A stretch of 64,000 bases of DNA from Histomonas meleagridis 2922-C6/04-290x (Eukaryota > Protista > Parabasalia): the NCBI GenBank assembly GCA_020184695.1, contig JAANOX010000266.1:1-64000 (forward strand), written 5' to 3'. The notes below the pieces were generated by a model. The model worked only from the letters and a program-made list of their open reading frames with translations, ran no database searches and had not been told where the DNA came from. Shown in pieces: positions 1-9,669 of this stretch. Each line of letters opens with the position of its first letter. Position 1 is the stretch's first letter. Made by a program: the position numbers and the translations under genes.

Positions 1-94
1 ACTGCATGAGCACCTTCTCACGAAGGGTCCGAGACCTCAGGTGCCCTCCGACCCCCGGCCAAAGACCCCGGAAATCCCCCCAGTGAAAACTAAA

Positions 95-171
95 GGTCGG
101 GAATGATCACGAGGACCCTAGGGGCCCCGCCCCCGGCGGGGCCCCTAGGGTCCTCGTGATCATTCCCGACC
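95..171. repeat. Perfect 37-bp GC-rich inverted repeat (hairpin, 3-nt loop)
   Basis: 95-131 ggtcgggaatgatcacgaggaccctaggggccccgcc is the exact reverse complement of 135-171; lies in a GC-rich first ~175 bp unlike the rest of the window. Confidence 0.95.
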
Positions 172-315
172 GCATTATATACCTACCTATTACCGATGTG
201 TTTTTCCGACACAGGGATTTTGAACATGAATGATAACGCATTCACTTTGAATTTTAAATTGAATAAAAATTTTTTGCCAAAAAATATTGAAATGAAATAA
301 TATTGTATTAGTCTG

Positions 316-2376
316 TTGGAGAAAGAAAAAAAGAATGAACCTCCTTCTTTTCTCGAAGAATTATATATCAGCAAATGTAAAGATACGCAAGAAGAACCTT
401 CACGTGATGAATTTCTAAGGTTTCATGCAAAATTGAATCAAAGGTGTTTAGGAAATTCATGTGTAATTAGAAACCAACATTTGGGTACTTCATCAGCAAA
501 CGTGCTTTCAAAACACCTAAGAAACAGAGTAAATTTATTCAAACTAGATTTATATTGTAACCAAATCAAGGATCAAGGATTACAAATTATTTCATATTTA
601 ATTCATTTAAATCCATCCATTCGTATTTTTAACATTGGGTGTAACGATTTAACTGATAAATCAGATGTATATTTAGCAGACATTTTAAGTTTTAAAAATC
701 TTAGATCATTACAAATAGGCACCATGAAAAATACAATACATGCCAATAGTCTAACTTCTTCCACATTAGAAACAATTTCCAATCCAATTATTAAAACCAA
801 TAATTTATTATCACTTGGTATTAACGGAATTAACTTATCACCAAAAGTATCACAATCAACTGACCGTATCATTTCCAAAATACTTTCTAAGTCTACTTCT
901 TTGAAGATGCTTTCGATGAGTCATTGCGGAATAACATCACAGATATTCCTTAACGTTCTCAAAAGCGGTTTTTCATTCAATTCCACTCTAATTCGACTTG
1001 ACGTTTCCGATAACAATTTAAATTCAACGGTAGGCATTAAACTTGGTGAATATCTTCTTAGTAATACCTATAAAGAATCATATAATTCTGATTTTGAGAA
1101 GAAAGTTATACAAACCGATGAAATTCCACATATTTTTTATTTAGATTTAAGCAAAAATGATTTTACATTTGACGTTGCGTATACTTTTTCGGACGTATTA
1201 TTAAAATATCCATATTTAGGATATCTAAACTTAAGTTATAATAACATTGGTGATAACGGTATATGTCAACTTGCGAAATCATTAGAACAAAACCAAACAT
1301 TAGTTGAGTTACATTTAAGTTCAACTAAAATATCATATAAAGGAGGAACAGCCATTGCTGAATCTCTTAAAAAGAACAAAGTTTTATCTTTGTTAAATAT
1401 ATCAAAGAATAAAATTGGTGATAAAACAGCTTTTGCATTTGCAGAAGCATTAAATATTAATACAACGTTAACAACGTTAAACATTTCTTCATCGATGTTA
1501 TCGAATGAAGGAGGAATACAATTAGCGAAATCTACTTTAAGTTGTACGTCTTTGATTAATTTAGATATAAGTGATAATTTATTTACTGAAAATTCGGGAA
1601 AAACATTCGAAGAAATATTTAGTAAAAATAAAACAATTTTGAAAATTAATATAAATGGAACACAAATAAATCATTTTTGTTGTAATAATATAAATGATAT
1701 TTGTAATAGGAATTTGTTAATGTTAGAACAAAGGGATAAAAAACCATTAAAAAATCAAATAATAAAAAATAAATTTTTAATGATCGAAATCAAACGAAAA
1801 GAAAAAATTTTGAAGAAATTATTATCAATAAAAAATAATTTAGAAAAACAAATTAATGAATTGGATGAATCAATCCAAGGAATAATTAATAATGAAGAAA
1901 TTAATACAAACATTTTAACGAAACAAATACAAGAGAAAGAACAACAAATTAAAAAGGATAAAGAAGATTTAGAAGATAAAATTAAAAAACACAACGAAAA
2001 AATGAAAAATTTCGTCGATAAAAATAATGAAATTGCATTAAAAATTGAAAATCAAAATAAAATTATTAAAGAAACAGAACTAAAAATTAAAGAAAAAAAT
2101 GAAGAACTAAAAAGAATTAGAGAAGAGTTTCAACAACAAAAAAATGTCCTAATAAAAGAAATGAATGAAATAAATAATGCAACAAAAGAATTGGACAAAT
2201 TAATAAAAGATAAAAACGCATTAAATGAAATGGAAGAATTGCCACAATTCTTGGAATTTGATGTGAAACCAATAGAAGAAGAAAATAAAAATGTTATAAT
2301 AGAAGAGAAAATTGAACCTCCAAAACCAAAGAAAAGAAGAATACGACGTCGTATAATCAAGCCAAAGGAAAAATAA
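316..2376 (+). CDS. RNI-type leucine-rich repeat protein with C-terminal coiled coil; start codon unresolved
   Basis: Repeated LxxLxLxxNxIxDxG-type units (LFKLDLYCNQIKDQG, LGYLNLSYNNIGDNG, LSLLNISKNKIGDKT), K/E-rich heptad region, basic tail; no in-frame ATG until codon ~137. Confidence 0.85.
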   Translation: MEKEKKNEPPSFLEELYISKCKDTQEEPSRDEFLRFHAKLNQRCLGNSCVIRNQHLGTSSANVLSKHLRNRVNLFKLDLYCNQIKDQGLQIISYLIHLNPSIRIFNIGCNDLTDKSDVYLADILSFKNLRSLQIGTMKNTIHANSLTSSTLETISNPIIKTNNLLSLGINGINLSPKVSQSTDRIISKILSKSTSLKMLSMSHCGITSQIFLNVLKSGFSFNSTLIRLDVSDNNLNSTVGIKLGEYLLSNTYKESYNSDFEKKVIQTDEIPHIFYLDLSKNDFTFDVAYTFSDVLLKYPYLGYLNLSYNNIGDNGICQLAKSLEQNQTLVELHLSSTKISYKGGTAIAESLKKNKVLSLLNISKNKIGDKTAFAFAEALNINTTLTTLNISSSMLSNEGGIQLAKSTLSCTSLINLDISDNLFTENSGKTFEEIFSKNKTILKININGTQINHFCCNNINDICNRNLLMLEQRDKKPLKNQIIKNKFLMIEIKRKEKILKKLLSIKNNLEKQINELDESIQGIINNEEINTNILTKQIQEKEQQIKKDKEDLEDKIKKHNEKMKNFVDKNNEIALKIENQNKIIKETELKIKEKNEELKRIREEFQQQKNVLIKEMNEINNATKELDKLIKDKNALNEMEELPQFLEFDVKPIEEENKNVIIEEKIEPPKPKKRRIRRRIIKPKEK

Positions 2377-2505
2377 TTTTGTATGTAAACATGTTTTTCT
2401 TGTAAATTTTTTGAGGAAATATTCCTTAGCGACCGTTTAAAATAGATGGACTCAAAAGTGACAGCCATAGTTGGTCAGTTAAGGCGAAATGCCACTTTTT
2501 ATAAT

Positions 2506-3081
2506 ATGCTAAGCGTAGTTGGACTTTGTGGACCAGATTGGGTATTAATTGCAGCCGATTCTTCAGTTTCATCATCAATTATTTGCATGAGCGAAGAATA
2601 TGATCGTATAGTCGAGGTTGACAAAAGAAATGCTCTTGCTATGGCTGGAGAAACAGGTGACTCCCTTCAATTATCAGAATATATCCAAGGAAATGTAGCA
2701 CTTTATAAATACCGAAATGGAATTGAACTTAGCACAGAAGCAATGAGTCATTATATCAGAAGCATTATGGCCGAAGCCATTAGAAAGAATCCATACGAAG
2801 TTAACATGTTACTTGGCGGTTACGATGGAAAACCATCACTTTATTACATGGATTATCTTGGAACCCTCCAAAAAATTCCATTTGGTGCCCAAGGTTATTG
2901 TTCATATTTTGTCCTTTCTGTCTTTGATAAGTACTATAAGCCAGATATGACACTTGATGAAGGTAAAGAATTAATGAAGAAAGCTTTAGATCAGATTAAA
3001 CAGAGGTTCACAATTGCTCCACATGGTTTTATTGTTAAGCAAATTGATGCGAATGGAATTCAAAAAATCACCATCAATTAA
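2506..3081 (+). CDS. PSMB2: 20S proteasome subunit beta type-2 (beta4/Pre1-like)
   Basis: MLSVVGLCGPDWVLIAAD, GETGDSLQLSEYIQGNVALY, PYEVNMLLGGYD, LYYMDYLG, GAQGY motifs; ATG at 2506 fits the family N-terminus better than 2446. Confidence 0.92.
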   Translation: MLSVVGLCGPDWVLIAADSSVSSSIICMSEEYDRIVEVDKRNALAMAGETGDSLQLSEYIQGNVALYKYRNGIELSTEAMSHYIRSIMAEAIRKNPYEVNMLLGGYDGKPSLYYMDYLGTLQKIPFGAQGYCSYFVLSVFDKYYKPDMTLDEGKELMKKALDQIKQRFTIAPHGFIVKQIDANGIQKITIN

Positions 3082-3132
3082 ATAAACCTGATTTTTTATT
3101 TTTTGTTAAAGATCTGGCGAACGTTAAAGGTA

Positions 3133-4455
3133 ATGAATGATTCCTTAAAGAAAATAACACCAACACCAAAATCAGAAATAAATGACTTCGAAAGGAAAAC
3201 ATTTATGGTGTCTACTCTACGTGGATTAGATTTTCAAAGAGTAACAATAAACGAAATTCCATCACTTGAATCTGCATCAGAATCTGATTTTCCAAAACTA
3301 TTCATAAAAAAATGTAAAGAATGTTCTAAGATATGCGATTTTACATCCGAGTTATTTGATAAAAATGCAAAAAAATTAAAATCAGATTATCTCATTGAAT
3401 TTGAAAAAATTTTTTCTAAAATAAGGTTTACTAAAATCATAAATGATAACTTAATTGCAGAATTTGTTAAAATGATTTTAGCAAATATTTCTCGTTCAAT
3501 ATCATCTCTTAAAATTATATCATCAATAGAATGCCCAGATAATGTTCTTGACGTTTCTTGGCCACACCTTAATCTTGTGTACAATGCTGTTAAATCATTA
3601 TTCTCTTCTAAGCTTTCATCAAAAGTTAATGATAAACCTTTATTTTCATCATTAATACTTAACATGTGCTCAAGTGATCAACGTGAGCGCCAGTCTTCAA
3701 ATGAAGCTCTTACTCTCATTTTTAACAAACTTAATACAGAACTCAAATCATATATAATTACAAACACAATAAACAAAATCAAGCTTGGTAATTCTAGTGC
3801 CGAACTTCTTAATTTTATTTATGATATTATTCCAGAAATCAAGAAAAACAATGAGAAAAACTTTGAAAACACATTTTCAACCGTTATTTCACTTCACAAT
3901 TCACCCCAATACATGAAATTTTCAAACAATTTAACTCAATGCATTACTCGATTTATACGTGTTGATAATACACTTCTCAATCAAGCAATTTTATATATTG
4001 TTCATCATTGGCCAACATATTGTATTAAAAAGCAAGTTATTTTTATTTCTGAACTTGAAATCATTATGCAAAATTTTGCAGAAGATCCAATTATTGAATC
4101 CATTGCGAAACCACTTTATACTAAAATGTCCGAATTAATCATTGATCCTTCTGTAAACGTAGCAGAAGCAACATTTAGTTTTTTGCTTGGACAAGGAAAC
4201 GAAGCAAGTTTAATAGAGAACATCGAAATTGCAATAAAAATTTTAGTTCCGCCATTAGTTACATGTTTAAAACAACATTGGAATATATTTATACGTGATG
4301 ATGCACGCGTCGTTTTGGATTTGTTGGCAAAAGTTTGCCCGAAAATTTATGAAAATGAAATAAAAATCATGTCGAAAGAGAAAAAAGAAAAAAGCGCAAA
4401 AAGAAAGAAAAATTGGGTTTTAGTAATAGAAAAGGCGAAAGGAAAGAAAAAATAA
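3133..4455 (+). CDS. PP2A regulatory subunit B' (B56) family protein
   Basis: FIKKCKECSKICDF, SWPHLNLVY, SSDQRER, HWP..KQVIFISELE and HWN motifs of B56 subunits; first ATG at 3133. Confidence 0.85.
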   Translation: MNDSLKKITPTPKSEINDFERKTFMVSTLRGLDFQRVTINEIPSLESASESDFPKLFIKKCKECSKICDFTSELFDKNAKKLKSDYLIEFEKIFSKIRFTKIINDNLIAEFVKMILANISRSISSLKIISSIECPDNVLDVSWPHLNLVYNAVKSLFSSKLSSKVNDKPLFSSLILNMCSSDQRERQSSNEALTLIFNKLNTELKSYIITNTINKIKLGNSSAELLNFIYDIIPEIKKNNEKNFENTFSTVISLHNSPQYMKFSNNLTQCITRFIRVDNTLLNQAILYIVHHWPTYCIKKQVIFISELEIIMQNFAEDPIIESIAKPLYTKMSELIIDPSVNVAEATFSFLLGQGNEASLIENIEIAIKILVPPLVTCLKQHWNIFIRDDARVVLDLLAKVCPKIYENEIKIMSKEKKEKSAKRKKNWVLVIEKAKGKKK

Positions 4456-4468
4456 AGTAAATATAAAA

Positions 4469-4774
4469 TTATGTTGTCTTTTTGAGATGGAGAACAGAGG
4501 CTGAGAGAGGTAAAAGAACAACTTCATTATCGCGAAAAACTAAAATACATTCTTTTTGACTATCATTAGGCGTTTTCCAGTTTCCTTTAAAATTGACTGT
4601 TTCCCCATTTTCAAGAACGTGTTCTACAATTCCATAATTTGGATTTTCTTCATCATGAACTAGGGTTCTAGAAACTGTTGAATTTGCAATTGATTGAGGA
4701 CAGAAATTGTATTGGATTCGAATATATTCGTTATCGCCACTCGCAACACGAAGTGGAAGTTTTTCTCCTTCCAT
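4469..4774 (-). CDS. ELL-associated factor (EAF) N-terminal domain protein
   Basis: IQYNFCPQSI...FKGN...KECILVF...LSASVLHLKK resembles the EAF domain pattern (RYDFKPAS..FKG..KECVLI..LKK); ATG at 4774. Confidence 0.6.
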   Translation of the reverse strand: MEGEKLPLRVASGDNEYIRIQYNFCPQSIANSTVSRTLVHDEENPNYGIVEHVLENGETVNFKGNWKTPNDSQKECILVFRDNEVVLLPLSASVLHLKKTT

Positions 4775-4878
4775 TTGGTTGAGAGCACTTTTTTTCAAGC
4801 AGCCGTTTAAAATCACGGCGTGCCCCAAAATTGTTTATAAAAAGTGCCAATAATTCGTTATTTAACGGTTCCATAAGA

Positions 4879-5234
4879 ATGAATGAACCAGAGGAACTTG
4901 CATTCATCTCTGAGGATGTAAAAGGAGCTGCTAAAGATGTATTTTTATTTTCTTATTCCAGAGTATTGAATCAACCCTTCGAAATAAAGAATTTCAACAA
5001 AATATGATAAATCAATGGTGTTCAACAATTATTGAAGAATGTACAAAAAGACTTTGCGCTCTCAACAAGCCATTTAAGTACATAACTTCTTGTGTTATTA
5101 TGCAGAAAACAGGCGGAGGTTTACATTTGTCATCTTCAACTTATTGGGATCAAGCAACTGATAATTCTGTTACAGTTCAATACGAGAACCAAACAATGTA
5201 TGCCATTCTCTCAGTATTTGGCGTTATGATTTAA
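4879..5234 (+). CDS. DYNLT1: Dynein light chain Tctex-1 (two exons: 4879-4938, 4962-5234)
   Basis: Spliced product MNEPEELAFISEDVKGAAKDSIESTLRNKEFQQNMINQW...KPFKYITSCVIMQKTGGGLHLSSSTYWD...YENQTMYAILSVFG aligns by eye end-to-end with Tctex-1. Confidence 0.92.
4939..4961 (+). other. 23-nt GT-AG spliceosomal intron
   Basis: gtatttttattttcttattccag; removal restores the frame and the conserved Tctex-1 N-terminus. Confidence 0.85.
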
Positions 5235-5436
5235 TTTGCTGAATAAATAGAACATGTTGTTTTTTCAATTTTCTATCGTCTTTGTGAAATTCAGCGGTTA
5301 ATTTATTTTTTTATCATCAATAACTATCACAGCCAATGGAAAAATTTTCTAAATTAATACTTAAGAACTTTATTGGACTAGTTGATCAAATCACAAAAAG
5401 TTATTGGAAATCATTTAACTTTATATAATTAATATA

Positions 5437-6279
5437 TTACATTTCATTTTTGTTTTCAGGAGTATCTGTTTCTGTTTTATCACCTTTTGAATCGGTGCCT
5501 TCATTTTTCTTTTCATTTGTCGTGTTGACTTTATCTTCTAAATTTTCCATTGTCGCTGGTGAAACATTTAACTCAAGAATGGCAATTCCGACATTTTTGC
5601 CGAACTCTTTCACCAAATCTTCTGCAAGAGGTCTCAATGAACCAGGATCTACTTGTGCAATAATTACTGTGATATCATCTTTCTCCTCAACTGATTCAAC
5701 AATTGGCAGCATTGAAATCATCTTCTCTGCTCCTGATGGTGGAATAAGGAATTTGATGCGGATTCTAGCTCTTGCAATTGGATATCTTTTTTCTTGAAGT
5801 GTCTTGATAAGTTTCATTGCTTGAGCTTTTGGCGCTTTTTTAAGGCTGACACTATATCCGATGTCACTCATTGCTCGTTCTATCATTGTGCTGGTTAATG
5901 GTCGTTGTGTATTGGTATTGACACATTGTGAAGCCACAATAGATGCTATATCTTTAGTGAGATTGGCTATTCTAATTTTCCTTTCTTTCTCTGCAAGAGT
6001 AACTTTTCCTTCTAAAAGAATTATTTTTAAAGCTTCTTCCATATCATCGACTTTTAAAGCTTCAAAAACGGCAGCTTGACTTGCAAGCATACCGCGATCA
6101 ACGTTAACAAATATAGAATGAGATTGAACAACATTGTCAATATCAGTCTCAAGTCCATCTCTCCATGAAGTTACTTTGTTTGGAATAACAGCTATTTCAA
6201 AGTGTTGACCACGTCTATCTAACTTCACCACAGACACATTCGATAAAATTTTTTGGCCAAGAGGCTGAATTAAGGCCAT
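5437..6279 (-). CDS. SBDS: Ribosome maturation protein SBDS/Sdo1
   Basis: LSNVSVVKL..G.HFEIAVIPNKV..WR.G.E.DIDNV, CVNTNTQRPLT..MIERAM, K.AK.QA...IK.L, I.RARIRI motifs. Confidence 0.95.
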   Translation of the reverse strand: MALIQPLGQKILSNVSVVKLDRRGQHFEIAVIPNKVTSWRDGLETDIDNVVQSHSIFVNVDRGMLASQAAVFEALKVDDMEEALKIILLEGKVTLAEKERKIRIANLTKDIASIVASQCVNTNTQRPLTSTMIERAMSDIGYSVSLKKAPKAQAMKLIKTLQEKRYPIARARIRIKFLIPPSGAEKMISMLPIVESVEEKDDITVIIAQVDPGSLRPLAEDLVKEFGKNVGIAILELNVSPATMENLEDKVNTTNEKKNEGTDSKGDKTETDTPENKNEM

Positions 6280-6661
6280 TAAAAATTTTAAAAATTCACT
6301 ATCTTTGTTCGAACATCAGAAAAATTTTAGAAGATTTCCAAATTTTCGAAGTTGCGATAAATGAAATAAAATTTTAATATCAAATATTGTTATTAAGCTA
6401 GCTATCCAAAGACGATGTATGAATATAATATAACTATTATTCAATGATGAAAATTAATTAATTTACATATATTTTTCTTGTTTTTTTTTCTTTTTTTAAC
6501 ACGTAAAAAATTAAGTTTAAGAAGCTGTATGAATGTGAGTTACTGTTTATTTACATTTCAATATTGAATCTTTTTTTATAATTAAATAATATGAGTTAAA
6601 CAGATTTTTTACTCAAATAATAAAATTTACTGGAAGGCTTTGATAATAATTTAGATTTAAA

Positions 6662-6946
6662 TTAAGAATCAATAATTACATGTATTGTTTTGAAAACATT
6701 TCTTCGGCAAATAGGACATTCTTTAGGCACTGGTAATTTGTCATAACATTGCTCACAAACGCAAGCATGACGACAAGGGATAAATATAGTGTCAATCCTA
6801 TTACTCATACAAATTTTGCATAAAATAACATATTTTTCTGGGCGATCAAATGCTTCTGGTGGAGGGTCTATTTCGCATACATCATCTGTTTGTTTATCTT
6901 TTCCCCTTTTGCGCGTGTTTTCTTTCTTTATTGGTTTTCTGCTCAT
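6662..6946 (-). CDS. Small RING-finger (C3HC4, IAP/MGRN-type) protein
   Basis: CKICMSNRIDTIFIPCRHACVCEQC...CPICR. Confidence 0.85.
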   Translation of the reverse strand: MSRKPIKKENTRKRGKDKQTDDVCEIDPPPEAFDRPEKYVILCKICMSNRIDTIFIPCRHACVCEQCYDKLPVPKECPICRRNVFKTIHVIIDS

Positions 6947-6988
6947 TTCCTTAACGGTCTCTAATACACAAAATTGACAATTGTCTAT

Positions 6989-7225
6989 ATGGAAAAGAAA
7001 CCCTTGTTATCATTTGATATTGCACTTGATGGGACAATGCAAAACATAAAAGGTGACATTGATGGGAAACTTCCTGACAAAACAGTTATGAATAGGTTGT
7101 TGTTCGCAGCAAATAAATTATTGACTAATGAAGAAGTATCCTCAATAACAATACACACAGATAAATATGTACTTAGAATATCAGCAGCAGGAGCCAATTT
7201 TTCATGCATTGTAACGAGATTGTAA
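6989..7225 (+). CDS. Small protein, possibly roadblock/LAMTOR-like
   Basis: 78-aa ORF from ATG 6989; beta-beta-helix-beta-beta-beta pattern (LSFDIALDG..KGD...RLLFAANKLL...SITIH..YVLRIS) loosely like LAMTOR4/5. Confidence 0.45.
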   Translation: MEKKPLLSFDIALDGTMQNIKGDIDGKLPDKTVMNRLLFAANKLLTNEEVSSITIHTDKYVLRISAAGANFSCIVTRL

Positions 7226-7538
7226 TAAAAATTTTTATGATTAATCCTTTTCTTGGACTTTCAATCGAACCTTATCAAGAGTGTACAATAATTTGCAAAT
7301 GAGGGTGTGCACAGTTTCCCAATGTATATAATTTTATTTATAATTAATAAATTAATGATAATTCATAAGGTAAAAATTTGATATTTTTTGCATAAATTAA
7401 AACAAATTCTCTTTGTGGATATTAGCTTTGTGTAACAGTTCCGTGAATACTAATAAATGTAAGAGTTGACTATTCTAAAAATTTTACAAAACAAAAAAGA
7501 CAAAAAGTGACGGTTTTAAAGAAACATTTTTCCAAAGA

Positions 7539-7988
7539 ATGGAAGCATTTAGCTCAGATTCTAGCGATCTTTCTGAATTCGAAGATTTCCACCCAGAGGA
7601 TTTTTCTGCAGAACTTGATAGACCTACACCAACAAGAGGTGGAATCAGATTACCTCCACCAAAAAAGAAATCAGTAGCTCCTCCACCCCCACCTCCTATT
7701 GAAGTTATTCCTCCAAGTATTGCCAAAACCGTGTTAGAAGCTGAAAAAGAAGAGGATCAAGTAATTTCTGTTGATTTTGACACATTCAGAGAAGAAGGCG
7801 AAGATCTTGCACAAAAGAATGCAATGATTAAAGATAAGTCACAATACAAAGGTGTAGGTTATCAAAGAGCTAAGTCACAACTAACATATCTTGCACAACT
7901 CGATCTTGAAACACGTGGAGCGTATGAACAGCAACTAAAAAACAGCACAAGAGCAAAAGTTGCATCTGCAAAACTATATGGATGGTGA
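7539..7988 (+). CDS. PRCC-family (proline-rich, C-terminal PRCC domain) protein
   Basis: Poly-Pro stretch plus C-terminus QRAKSQLTYLAQLD...KLYGW typical of the PRCC C-terminal domain. Confidence 0.75.
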   Translation: MEAFSSDSSDLSEFEDFHPEDFSAELDRPTPTRGGIRLPPPKKKSVAPPPPPPIEVIPPSIAKTVLEAEKEEDQVISVDFDTFREEGEDLAQKNAMIKDKSQYKGVGYQRAKSQLTYLAQLDLETRGAYEQQLKNSTRAKVASAKLYGW

Positions 7989-8091
7989 AAAAAAGCTTTT
8001 TTTAAATTTTGTTTATCGATAATCGACTTGTGATATGAAATTGATATATTTTTGAACGTTAAAGTCACAGGACCAAGAGCCAAAATTTTAC

Positions 8092-9516
8092 ATGAATTTC
8101 ATCGCCCAACTTGTTAATAATGATGGAACACCAACAGGCCCACAGATTAGTCTTCCTTCTACCACTTCTACAAAAGATTTAACAACTCTTGTAAACCAAT
8201 TTCTTGAAAATGAGGAACCTACACCATTCTCATTTTATGTAGACGAAGAACAAATTGTTGGGAATCTTGAAAACGTTACAAAAACAACATCAACAGAGAA
8301 AGTATTAAAGATTGTTTATCGACCAGAAGCAGTATTTGGCGTTCGTGCTGTTAGTTATTGCTCGGCAACACTTCCAGGACATTCACACACAATCTTATGC
8401 ATTGCTTTTTCCAATGACGGCACAGATTTGGCAACTGGTGGTGGCGATGGATCTGTAATTTTTTGGGATATCACAACACAATCAATGAGACAACGACTTC
8501 CAATTAAAGAAAATAATTGGATTCAATGTATTGAATGGCATCAAATGTGCAAAATTCTCGCAATTGCAGGTACAGATGGATATATCAGAATAATCGAAAA
8601 AAATCCAGAAACAGGAAACTTTTCACTCAAAAACGAATTCAAAGTTTCCAACTCACCGATTTATGCTATACAATGGGAACCATTTCATCTTCAAAACACA
8701 CAATATCCACGAATAGCTGCATCAACAAAAAATGGTGAAGTAGCTATTTGGTGTTCACAAACAGGAAGGAGGCTTATTGCTTTTTCTGGGCATTCTGGTT
8801 TTGTTATGGGACTTGCTTGGGGCGTTGATGGAATTCTTTATTCTTCATCTCATGACCGAACCCTCAAAGCATGGGACACAAAGACTGGCCAAGAGTTAGC
8901 GAAGTATAGTCCACGTAGTGGAGCTTGGAGAACTCTTGCTATCTCAACAGCATTTGTATTAAGAACAGGTCCATATGAACTTGGCCATATAAATGGTCCT
9001 GATCCCAAAGAAGAAGCTCTTAAAAGGATTGCTGCACATCGTGCGCAAAGCCCTATCGAGTACGTCGCTGTCGGCGGAGAAGATTTCACTGTTTCACTCC
9101 TCAGATATGAAAACGGTAATTTCATTGAAATTCAACGGTTAACGGGGCACACCAAAGCCGTTAACCATATTGTTTTTTCACCAAATGGTTATTGGTTAGC
9201 TACAGCTTCATTTGATAAGACAGTAAAATTATTCGATGGGAAATCGGGCAAATTTGTTTGCACACTTGGTAAGGGCCGAGGTCGACATACTGGTATGCAT
9301 TTAGGTCCCGTCTACAGACTTGCATGGTCAGCTGACTCTAGGAAACTAATAAGTGGAAGCTCAGACACTACATTAAAAGTATGGGACATCACAACACAAA
9401 AACTTCTCAGAGATTTACCAGGTCATGAAGATGAAGTTTATGGTGTAGATTGGTCACCAACCGGATCACCAGCTGCTTCTGGTGGCAAAGACAAACAAGT
9501 CCGACTTTGGAAGTAA
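8092..9516 (+). CDS. NLE1: Notchless homolog (Rsa4), NLE domain + WD40, 60S biogenesis
   Basis: N-terminal NLE domain (LVNQFLENEEPTPFSF, IVYRPEAVFGVRAV..CS.TLPGH), WD40 repeats, RLTGHTKAVNH..FSP.G, LPGHEDEVYGVDWSP. Confidence 0.95.
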   Translation: MNFIAQLVNNDGTPTGPQISLPSTTSTKDLTTLVNQFLENEEPTPFSFYVDEEQIVGNLENVTKTTSTEKVLKIVYRPEAVFGVRAVSYCSATLPGHSHTILCIAFSNDGTDLATGGGDGSVIFWDITTQSMRQRLPIKENNWIQCIEWHQMCKILAIAGTDGYIRIIEKNPETGNFSLKNEFKVSNSPIYAIQWEPFHLQNTQYPRIAASTKNGEVAIWCSQTGRRLIAFSGHSGFVMGLAWGVDGILYSSSHDRTLKAWDTKTGQELAKYSPRSGAWRTLAISTAFVLRTGPYELGHINGPDPKEEALKRIAAHRAQSPIEYVAVGGEDFTVSLLRYENGNFIEIQRLTGHTKAVNHIVFSPNGYWLATASFDKTVKLFDGKSGKFVCTLGKGRGRHTGMHLGPVYRLAWSADSRKLISGSSDTTLKVWDITTQKLLRDLPGHEDEVYGVDWSPTGSPAASGGKDKQVRLWK

Positions 9517-9669
9517 TAATTATTTGCAGAAAACTCGAAAAAATAAATTCTTTGAAATTCTTTTCAATTTGAAATTTTCTGTGCTTTACAAAACGAACAC
9601 CATTTTGTGAACAATATTCTGAGCGCATTGAATTTGAGCAGCCGGATAACCGCCGCCAAATTGGATCAG

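Noticed and set aside
5437-9516. Functional cluster of 60S biogenesis genes (SBDS, NLE1)
   Set aside because: Two genes separated by unrelated genes; compatible with chance in a compact genome
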